NCBI GenBank assembly: GCA_951406725.2
Contig: OX597819.1
Span: 105,834,001-105,898,000 of the forward strand
Direction: 5' to 3'
From: Octopus vulgaris
Taxonomy: Eukaryota
Length of the DNA: 64,000 bases
Under the pieces are notes generated by a model that was not told the origin of the DNA, ran no database searches, and saw only the letters and a program-made list of their open reading frames with translations. Position numbers and translations under genes: made by a program. This document shows, piece by piece, positions 54,813 to 64,000 of the stretch; the first letter of the stretch is position 1; each line of letters starts with the position of its first letter.

Positions 54813-55239
54813 AGATCTTTTCGGTTTGAACGGCAGTTATTTTAAACAATTTCCACGTAACTAAACACTTTTAAAATTCGTATACTGGTAGAATGTGTTT
54901 ATAAAACATCTTTTTCTCGTGGCTTTATTGAGAAAATTCTATAGTTTGTAAGATATTTGTTGTTTTTTTCTTCAATTTCTTCAATTTCAACGAATCAATG
55001 ACGTCTATTGAGGTAAAAAAACATTCTGTGCCGTATGAATATGTCCCTCGTTTAAGAAACAGATAGGGTTTATTTACATTTCTGAAGAAAAAAAATATAC
55101 CCTTCCCCCCACCCCTACCCCTAACTAACTCTAACCCTAAAACAGATTGAAATGCAATAGATCGGTACTAGGGTCATAATTACGGGTGACAATTTCATAT
55201 GACACCGCTAGAAAACTGTCTTTCAAACTGAAAAGATCC
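54813..55239. mobile_element. MITE with ~26-bp TIRs and 8-bp TSD (Merlin- or hAT-like)
   Basis: AGATCTTTTCGGTTTGAACGGCAGTT ... AACTGTCTTTCAAACTGAAAAGATCC; TSD AATAATTA (54805-54812) / AATACTTA (55240-55247). Confidence 0.8.
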
Positions 55240-55354
55240 AATACTTAAATTAGGCAGTGGTTTAGCATTGCATCACCAAAAAGTAAAACTAAGTCACTAA
55301 ATATGACTGAAGGTGTTAGAATGCCATCAATGCTAGAAATAAGAGCTAAAGCTA

Positions 55355-55705
55355 TTTAATTAGTTGTATACATACGAGCGATTCGCTAAATAATCCATAG
55401 ATTTCTCTGGTGTAGACATATATACTGGTGGCGATCATGTCCGGAATCTGGCGAGTTGTGCCAACCTTACTAAAGAGGCTTCGGTGTTAAAGACGAAACT
55501 GTTGACGGTAGAGAGATATCACGACTACCACTTCCAGCCGCTTACGGTCGCTGTCAGTATGTATGTATACAATTTTGTGAGTTGACTACAGCGTCAGAGT
55601 TCTTTAACTCTTATTTCTAGCATTATATCCTCAGTCGTATTTAATTACAATTATAGTTTTCCTTTTTGGCAATACATTGCTAAACCGCTACTTAATTTAA
55701 TTACA
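55355..55705 (+). repeat. Inverted copy of the ~340-bp hammerhead unit (HHR at 55465-55515)
   Basis: CCTTA-CTAAAGA-GGCTTCGGTGTTAAAGAC-GAAAC-TGTTGACG-GTA-GAGAG; reverse complement of the upstream units. Confidence 0.85.
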
Positions 55706-55828
55706 CACACAGAGGTGTATATATATATATATATATAATTTTAATCCAAACGGGAAACAAAAAAACAACAACAAGGGAACAATTACAGTATTATTATTAA
55801 TAGGCGCTCAGGAAATGGAAGCAGGAAG

Positions 55829-55863
55829 GTATGACGTTTCGAGCGGAGCTCTTCGTCGGAAAC
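55829..55863 (-). ncRNA. Minimal hammerhead (CCGACGA core variant) in 3' pseudo-LTR
   Basis: GTTT-CCGACGA-A-GAGC-TCC-GCTC-GAAAC-GTC-ATAC. Confidence 0.72.
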
Positions 55864-56029
55864 ATAAAGAAGGAAGAGAGAGGAAAGAAAGATCCCGGAG
55901 CGGGCAACGGAGATAGAGAAAAAAACGGCTGGTGTTAGCAGAAGCACATGGTGAAAGGCGGATGTTTACGATAACAAGAGCAAAGTGGGTTTTTAAAGGC
56001 AAAAGAGTGGAGACAAGGTTGGTAACGCA

Positions 56030-58735
56030 ACAGATGTGTGTGTATGTGTGAGTGTGTGCGTGTGCGTGTGTGTATGTGTGTGTGTGAGGCGAGGTAAAAA
56101 AACAAAAAATATATGTATGTGTTAGTGTGTGCGTCTGTGTGTAGGCGTGTGAGGTAGGGCGAGACGGTGGTCAGCATAGCAGCAGCATAGCAGACAAAGG
56201 TCAGTAGTGAGAAAAGGGAGGAAGGAGGAAGGGAGGGAGGGGAAGGGGTGGGGGCGTATGTAGCGTGCCAGCGTGTGTTGAGTGGTAGTGTGTGTGTGTG
56301 TCCAGTGTCGTGGTAGTATTAGTGGCGAGTAGATTGAATGTGTGTAAGAGTGAGGTATATGTTTAAGCAATGTGTGTATATGTGTGCGCGTGTGTGTAAC
56401 GAAAAAAAAAAAAAAAAAAAAGGGGGGGGGTTAGGAAAAGGACTCCAGCGGAGGGGAAGATGGAGGAGTGGTCCCGCGGAGACGGGCGTGGGAAAACCCA
56501 ACGACACGCGACATCCCAGGAACGGGCGGGAGGTCTCGTCGGATCCAAGGGCGAGGTGCATGCGGGCGCATGCGTGCGCGAACCGGCGCAAACGCGTGTG
56601 TGCGCGAGCCTGCGAGTGTGCGCGTACGTATGTGTGCGTGTGGATGTGTGAGTGTGTCTGTGTGTATGTCTGGGTGGCAGTGTGTCCGATGAATGTATGT
56701 GAGTATGTGTGTATATATGTGTGTGCATAGATGTATGTCCGTGTGTGTGTGTGTGTGTGTATGTGTGTATGAGTGTGTATGTATGTACGTGTGGGTGTGG
56801 GGAAGTGTGTGTATGTGCATGTGTGTGCGCGAACATACAGGTGTGTGAGTGAGTGCGTGTGTGTGTATGTATGTGTGAGTGTGTATGTATGTGTGTGTAG
56901 GATGCATGTATGTGTATGGGTGTATGTATGCGTGTGTGTATGTATGTATGTGTACGTGCGTGTGTGTGTGTGTATGCGTGTAGGTGTGCGCGTGTGCATG
57001 CGTGCATGTATGTGCGTATGTGTGTGTGTGTGCATGTGTGTGGGTATATATGTGTGTGCGTATATGTGTGTGTATGTGCGTACATGTGTGTGTGTGTGCA
57101 TGTGTGTGTGTAGGTGTGTAGGCGTGTGTGTATAGGTGTATGTATGTAAGTATGTATGGGTGTGTCCGTGTATGTGTGTATGTATGTGTGTGTATGTAGC
57201 TGTGTGGGCGTGTGTATATGTGTGTGTATGTAGGTGTGTAGGCGTGTGTATATAGGTGTATGTATGTATGTCTGGGTGTGTCCGTGCATGTTTGTGTGTG
57301 TGTGTGTGTGCATGTGTATGTAGGTGTGTGTGTACGTGTGTAATGTATGTGTGTATGCGTGTGTATGCGTGCGTGTGTGTATGTAGGTGCGTGTGTATGT
57401 GTGTGGGAGTGTAGGTGTGTGTGTGCGTGTGCGTGTTTATGTTGGTGTGTGCGTATGTGAGTGTGAGTGTATGAGTGTTTGTCATGCATGTGTGTGCGCG
57501 TGCAGGTGAGTGTGTGTGTAAGTATGTGTGTGTGTATGTTTGTGTGGGTGTGTATGTGTGTATGTCTGTGTGTATGTATGTGCGTATAGGAGTATGTAGG
57601 TATGTGTGTGTGTATGTATATGGGTGTATGTATGTGTGTGTGTGTGCATGTGTATAAGTATATGCGTGTGTGCGTATGTGTGTGTATGTGTATGTGTGTG
57701 TGTTTATGTATGTGTGTATGTATGTGTGTAGGCGTGAGTGTGTAGATGTATCTATATATGGGTGTGTGTCAGTGTGTGTTTGTGTGTGTGTAGGTAGATG
57801 TGTGTGTCTGAGTGAGGGTATGGCTGTGTAGGTGTGTGTGTGTATGAATGTAAGTGTGTGCGTATACAAGTGTAATGTATGTATGTGGGTGTGTGTGTGT
57901 GTGTATGTGTACGTGTGCGTGTGTATGTGTGTGTGTGTATGCGTGTGAGTGTGGGTGTATGGGTGTATGTCTGTGTGTGTGTATGTCTGAAGTGGGTATG
58001 TGTGTGTATGTATGTATGTGTGTGTGTGTGCGGGTATGTGTGTGTGTGTATGTGTGTGTGTGAGTAGGTGTGCGTGTATGTATGTGGGTAGGGATGCATG
58101 CGAGTGTGTGGGTATGTATGCAAACATACGCAAGCGCACATCCGAAGCAAGCCCACACACACGAAGCGCGCTCACGCACACAACGCACAAGCAGTGCAAC
58201 GCAAGCCCAAAGGGGCCGACCGAGCCCCCAGCGCGCGCCAAGGCGCGCGAGCGCAAAGGCCCTCGAACGCCCCGCTACGCGGGAACCGAGGATCCATCAG
58301 CCAAAACCGGAAAGCAGAAAAGAGGGGGGGGCTGCCTGGATGCAAAAAGGTGTATGTGTGTGTGCATTCAGTGTACGGGTGTGCATGTGTGGGTATGTAT
58401 GTATGTATGTGCCTACATGTATGTGTGCATGTGTGTGTGTGTGAGGTATGTACGTGCGGTGTGTGTGTGTGAGTGTGTGTGTATGTATGTGCGTATGTAT
58501 GTGTGTGTGTATGTGTGTATGTATGTCTGTGTGTGTGTGTGTGTGTAAGTATGTATGCGTGTGTGTATGTATGTGTGTGTGTATGTGCATGTGTGTCTGT
58601 AAGTGTGTGTGATTAAATGTGTAGATGGGTCTACGTATGTGTGTGTGTGTGAACAGGCGTGTGGGAGGTAGGTAGGTGGGTGGGAGGTAGGTGGGTGGGA
58701 GGTAGGTGGGTGGGTGTGTGTGGGTGGTGTGTCCG
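56030..58735. repeat. Degenerate (GT)/(GTAT)-rich cryptic simple sequence with GC-rich islands
   Basis: Directly visible; islands at ~56420-56630 and ~58130-58350. Confidence 0.9.
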
Positions 58736-58736
58736 G

Positions 58737-58770
<34 letters not shown>

Positions 58771-58774
58771 GGTC

Positions 58775-60711
58775 TCAAGAGGAGGGGGCTGTGTTAAGTC
58801 CGTGTGGGGTGGTAGTTTGTAGGGTGAAGATGTAGCGTTGCTCCAAGTGGAGCCTGGAAAGTGGGCGACCATTGTGGGGGGCGAGACCAAACACTGAGAT
58901 GTCATCTCGGGAATGGCCGGCCGAGCGGAAGTGGCGTGCGACGGGAGAAAAAGAGTGTAGGCGAACGTCCCTCAAGTGTTCAGTGAAACGGTCGGACAAC
59001 CGGCGTCCCGTCTGACCTACATACAGCATCCCGCATAGGTTGCATTTAATGCAGTAAATAAGGCCAGACGAGGTGCACGTAAAAGAGTGCCTAATGCGTA
59101 CAGTATGCAGGTTGGAGCCGGTGACAGCGGTGGTGTTGGTGATGAAGGGGCAAGTGTTGCAGCGGGATCTAGAGCAAGGGAATGATCCGTGTGGGGCTGA
59201 GGGGGAAGGGGAGAGGGTGCTGTGGACCAGGAGGTCACGCAGATTGCGGGCTCGTTTGAAAGAGGACAGGGGTGGGTTAGGGAAAATGGGGCGGGTGGTG
59301 GGATCAAGCTGGAGGCGACGGAAGGCACGTAGTATCTTGCGACGAAGGGGTAGGGTAGAGGGGTGGAAAAGGAGGGGGAAGGGGGTGCGGTTGGGGGGTG
59401 GGCGGGGGGAAGGAGACAAGGCGGTAGTGCGGTCGATGCGACGGGCGCGGGTGAGGGCATCAGAGAGGAGTGTGGGTGGGTAACCTCGGAGTCTGAACAT
59501 GCGGGCCAGGTATTGAGATTGGGTCTCGAAATCCTGGTCGCGGCTGCACAAACGTCGGAGGCGGAGGAACTGGGAGTAGGGGATGGCTCGTTTGGTGTGG
59601 AAGGGGTGGGAGGAAGAGAAGTTGAGATAGAGGTGGGAATCCGTAGGTTTAAAGAAGGCGGTGGTGGTGAGAGAGCTGGAGGGGTGATCGATGCGGAGAG
59701 AGATGTCAAGGAAGTTGACAGAGGTGTTGGAGATGGTGGAGGTGAATTGAAGAGAGGGGTGAAAGTTGGAAAGGAAAGAGATGAATTGGCCGAGACGTTC
59801 CCGGGAAAGGGAGGTGGCACCTACACAGTCGTCGATATAGCGACCGTATAGTTCGGGGGTCGGCCCAGAGAACTGGGAGAACACTTGGGCCTCAATGTAG
59901 CCAAGAAAGAGATTGGCGAAATTGGGGCCCATCCTAGTTCCCATCGCGACCCCGGACACCTGTTGGTACGTTTCCCCGGCGAACGTGAAGCAATTGAGGG
60001 TGAGGACGAGCTCAGCCAAACGGAGAAGGGTGGGGGTGCTGGGGGTGGGGTCGGGACGACGGTCGAGGAAGTGTTGGAGGGCTAGGAGACCGTCATTGTG
60101 GGGAATCACTGTGTACAGGGATTTTACATCTAAGGTGAAGAGGAGGTGTGAGGGGCTGGAAGGGAAGGAAAAGGAATTGAAGAGACGGAGGGCGTGGTTG
60201 GTGTCGTGTATGTGGGATGGGAGGGCTGCGACTAGGGGGGACAGGATGCGGTCGAGGTATAGGGAGATGAGTTCAGTGGGGCAATTACAGGCAGAGACTA
60301 TGGGACGGCCAGGGTTAGAGGGTTTATGGATCTTGGGAAGGAAGTAGATGGTGGAGGTGCGGGGTGTGCGGACGATGAGGTTGGTGGCGGTGAGGGGGAG
60401 AGCGGAGGAGGAGATGAGGTCGTGGATGGTGGAGGACACTCGCTGTTGGTAGGAGGAGGTGGGATCGGAGGGGAGGAGGCGATAGAAGAGGGGATTTTGA
60501 AGCTGGTTGAGCGCTTCCTCCCTGTATAGGTCCGCGCGCCACACTACCACCGCCCCGCCTTTGTCCGCCGGTTTGATGACAATGTCATCACGCCGGCGGA
60601 GGTGGCGAAGGGCGATGGATTCGGCCCGAGTGAGGTTGGCTCGGCGGGGTCTTGGTTCAAAGTTGAAACGGTGGACCAAAGCGTTGCAGTCATGTACAAA
60701 CGAATCTAGGC

Positions 60712-60713
<2 letters not shown>
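58775..60713 (-). CDS. Penelope-like reverse transcriptase + GIY-YIG endonuclease (Neptune-type), 5'-truncated, no native start codon
   Basis: IKPADKGG, LPKIHK, GRPIVS, LDVKSLYT, GVAMGTRMGPNFANLFL, RYIDD, VNFLDI, HPFHTKRAIPYSQFLRLRRLCS, Cys linker CSRSRCNTC, LIYCIKCNLCGMLYVGQTGRRLSDRFTEH, LEQRYI...GLN; the frame runs upstream (SLDSFVHDCNAL) to the (TA)n junction. Confidence 0.93.
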
Positions 60714-60761
<48 letters not shown>

Positions 60762-61165
60762 TCTTTACTCTTTTACTCTTTTACTTGTTTCAGTCATTTG
60801 ACTGCGGCCATGCTGGAGCACCGCCTTTAGTCGAGCAACTCGACCCCGGGACTTATTCTTTTTGTAAGCCCAGTACTTATTCTATCGGTCTCTTTTTGCC
60901 GAACCGCTAATTGACGGGGACGTAAACACACCACCATCGGTTGTCAAGCAATGCTAGGGGAACAAACACAGACACACAAACACACACACATACATATATT
61001 TATATACATATATACGACAGGCTTCTTTCAGTTTCCGTCTACCAAATCCACTCACAAGACATTGGTCGGCCCGGGGCTATAGCAGAAGACACTTGCCCAA
61101 GATGACACGCAGTGGGACTGAACCCGCAACCATGTGGTTGGTTAGCAAGCTACTTACCACTCCAG
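60762..61165 (-). mobile_element. SINE family A
   Basis: High similarity to 32685-33098. Confidence 0.88.
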
Positions 61166-61786
61166 CGCACACACACACATATATCTACCCCCTCACACGG
61201 GATGGGGGCGGATTACTGCACAACTATAAATATTCACTTACAAGGAATTGGCAAAATCAAGGCTCTTAGATAAGAGACAAAATTTGCTGAAAATGACACG
61301 CAGTATGTTGGGATCGAACACAGGACTATATAATTTGTAAGGAAAAAAGAAAAACTTTTAAAACTACACGTCCAAACCTGTTATTTCATACGCAGTACAT
61401 TACAAAACAGAACACGTTTCTGTTGCTGATAGCGATTAAAAAATTAAGCTTGTACCATCCCGTTTCCCGTTTTTTCTTATTACTTGCAACATTAAAGTAG
61501 AAAAAGAAGGAAAAATCAAAGATACAAAAAATAAGAAAAGACACTAGAAATCAAATAAAATGTAATAATATCCTATTGAAATCTAGAATCACGACTTATT
61601 TCTTTTTTTATGTTGAAATAACGTTTACATTTGCACGCAGAAAACGTATGCGTGAAAAACAAAAATCAAAAAAAGGTTTCCTCGAAGAGGTGGATGCGAA
61701 TGTGTTAGCATGCGCATACATACTTATTCATACATACATCGATCAGTCGAAGTATCTATCTATACATCCATTGATGCATCTATTCA

Positions 61787-61824
<38 letters not shown>

Positions 61825-61825
<1 letters not shown>

Positions 61826-62044
61826 TCATGATGATCGTAAGATTGTGGTTTCGATTCCTGGACCGGGCGACTCGTTGTGTTCTTGAGCGAAACACTTCAT
61901 TTTACGTTGCTCGAGTCCACTCAGCTGGCAAAAACGAGTAACGCTGCGATGGACTGGCGTCCCGTCCAGCTGGAAAACACATACGCCATTGAAACCGAGA
62001 AACCGGGCCCATGAGCCTGGCTATGCTTTAAAAGGGCGCATTTA

Positions 62045-62045
<1 letters not shown>
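61825..62045 (+). mobile_element. SINE family B, 5'-truncated
   Basis: GTTTCGATTCC...GAGTAACGCTGCGATGGACTGGCGTCCCGTCCAGCTGG...GGGCCCATGAGCCTGG matches 24355-24660. Confidence 0.8.
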
Positions 62046-62142
<97 letters not shown>

Positions 62143-62481
62143 GTGTGAGTGATTGTGTATAGAAGAATATATATATATATATATATCCGACGTAGGAGGC
62201 GCTGGTACATTCCTGACTTTAAAGGGTATCACAAAAGCCTGGTTGGAGGTCTAACCTTCTAAGTTCTTAAGGACTGGTGTAATAAGTGCGTGAATTTCAA
62301 AAAGGAATATGTTGAAAAAAATCATAACTTACTGATCCACCTGTATTTTCTTTTACCTAGAGTCAGAAAATTTCAGGATCTTATGCACACACACACAAAC
62401 ACACACGTGTGTGTGTGTATGGGTTAATACTTATGCGTGCATACGAACATCCCCATACGAACATTCATATACAGAAACACC

Positions 62482-62538
<57 letters not shown>

Positions 62539-62633
62539 CATCATCGTCGTCGCCGTCGTTGTTGTCGTTGTTGTTGTTGTTGTTGGTGTGGTTGTTGACC
62601 TTATTATTATTACTATTACTATTATTATTATTA
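62482..62633. repeat. Compound trinucleotide microsatellite (TAT)n/(TCG)n/(GTT)n
   Basis: Directly visible. Confidence 0.95.
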
Positions 62634-62861
62634 TCTTAATTAAAGGCGGCTAACTGGTGGATTTGTTAGAGTGTCGGGAAACATGCTTTACTGTATTTGT
62701 TCCGGCTCTTTATGTTCTGAATTTAAATACCGATGAGGTCAACTCTGACTTTTCCTATTCACAGACAATGAAAAAAAAAGAAGAAACAGTCGTGTAATGC
62801 AACAATGATATCGATTAAACCTAAATCAGAAACCCTTTTTTATTCTCATTACTATTATAAT

Positions 62862-63045
62862 AAGGTGGCGAGCAGGCAGAACGTTAGCACGCCGGCCGAA
62901 ATGCTTAGCAGTTCCGCCAAGGTCGACTTTGCCTTTCAACCTCTCGGGATCGATAAAACAAGTACCAGTTGAGTACTGAGGATGATGTAATCAACTATAC
63001 CCCTCCCCCAAATTTCAGGCCTTGTGCCTATAGTAGAAAGAATTA
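62862..63045 (+). mobile_element. SINE family C copy with internal deletion
   Basis: GGTGGCGAGCAGGCAGAACGTTAGCACG...GTCGACTTTGCCTTTC...GATAAAACAAGTACCAG. Confidence 0.75.
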
Positions 63046-63069
63046 TTATTATAAGTTTCAGCGAGCAGA

Positions 63070-63395
63070 AGCGTTAGAACATTGACCACGCTGTTGAACT
63101 GGGGAAATTTTATGAAGCAGGTGTTGGTAGATTTGCTATGATGTGGGGAATTTGGGGCCCAGAAACCTCTAAATGCATAAAGCTGTGCATTTTCTTATTC
63201 TTAGTGCTTTAAGGGTCTATGCGGGTCCATCAATTCAATTTTCAATGTTTCTTTACCTGTTGCTTTACCTATATCGTTGCCTATGCATCCAGTTTTGACA
63301 CAAATAGGGATGGGTGGGGCGATTTTAATCCACGATGCATTTCCTGCTACTTGCTTTCCGTTCGTACTGACTGAAAATTGGCTTTTCAAGCCAGG
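63070..63395 (-). pseudogene. CRE-like non-LTR retrotransposon endonuclease relic
   Basis: Minus-strand relics STNGKQVAGNAS..KIAPP and HLLHKISPVQQRG resemble the GK.L.WDAT...LAPS and LFQRIS.A.QRGN motifs. Confidence 0.4.
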
Positions 63396-64000
63396 GCTTG
63401 AAAAGCCAATTTTTATGCGTCCTTTTAATTCTAAATTCTTGTTCTGGGAAAGGCGGGCAATATCTAGAAGGAAAACAATGTCACCAATGAAAATGCATTA
63501 AATATATAAATATGAATTGAAATGTACAATTTATTTTAAAATGCATTAAATGAAAAATGTATATATGTATACTAAACGTATTAAAAAATAAAAAGAAAGG
63601 ACTGAATAATGACATAGCGAACCAAATAGTAGGTTAAACCACAAAGTGATTTGATTATAGTGGTGTATGCATGCATATATCCTAAAAGAAAATAGTTATT
63701 CTGTGTAACATTCAAATGATTGTTTTATACCTGGTACTCAATTTGTCTTTTTACGTGTGGACAGGTATTTTTACCCATAGTTTAGATATTAAAACTAATG
63801 TATATTATGAAATATACGATAATCTACCATGTGCACGAGTTTCATTAACATTGAGATAGCAAACCCCAAAACATTGGGTGGCCTAATACTTTTGGCCAAG
63901 GCTGTATATCCGTTAACAACGGAACCAAAAGTGAAAAAATGCGGTCGGCCTAACTTTGGCACATGCCCCCCACATGTTAGAGGGTACAGAGTTCCACTTT

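Larger units (their letters stand above)
54181..55352 (-). repeat. Tandem array of ~340-bp hammerhead-containing units (retrozyme-like), interrupted by a MITE
   Basis: Unit starts (TT)ACTGA..TGTTAGAA..CAATGCTAG at 54181, 54521 and ~55305; HHRs at 54315-54365 and 54654-54704. Confidence 0.85.
55737..60713 (-). mobile_element. Neptune-type Penelope-like retroelement, 5'-truncated, inserted in (TA)n
   Basis: RT-EN frame, ~2.8-kb CA-rich 3' region, 3' pseudo-LTR with hammerhead; (TA)n at both ends. Confidence 0.88.

Noticed and set aside
56319-58256. 645-aa His/Thr-rich ORF (and overlapping 316- and 352-aa ORFs) downstream of the RT
   Set aside because: CA-rich sequence rarely forms stop codons and several frames are open at once; no domain signal.
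59017-60542. Alternative-frame and antisense ORFs over the PLE RT
   Set aside because: Shadow ORFs caused by GC-rich, C-skewed codon usage of the real frame.

Overview
Eukaryotic, AT-rich, microsatellite-dense non-coding DNA. The repeat landscape (tRNA-derived SINEs, (TA)n/(CA)n/(TATC)n tracts) suggests an octopus genome; this is an inference. I could not support any host protein-coding gene, and nearly all listed ORFs are microsatellite artefacts. The window is a transposon graveyard: three Tc1/mariner-superfamily relics, Helitron fragments, RTE, R4/Dong and CRE LINE relics, several SINE families, and many Penelope-like element (PLE) pieces. One PLE is a 5'-truncated Neptune-type copy with an uninterrupted RT + GIY-YIG frame (58775-60713, minus). 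Another is a young endonuclease-only PLE with 305-bp inverted pseudo-LTRs. The main hidden signal is a high density of type I hammerhead ribozyme (HHR) motifs, about 16 in about 6 families. They include a ~340-bp tandem HHR repeat resembling a non-LTR retrozyme (52.7-55.7 kb), fold-back elements with a hammerhead in each arm (27311-27598 with a 12-bp TSD, and 13853-14471), and pseudo-LTR families with consistent non-canonical cores (CUGUNGA, CCGACGA). All coordinates and folds were derived by eye.
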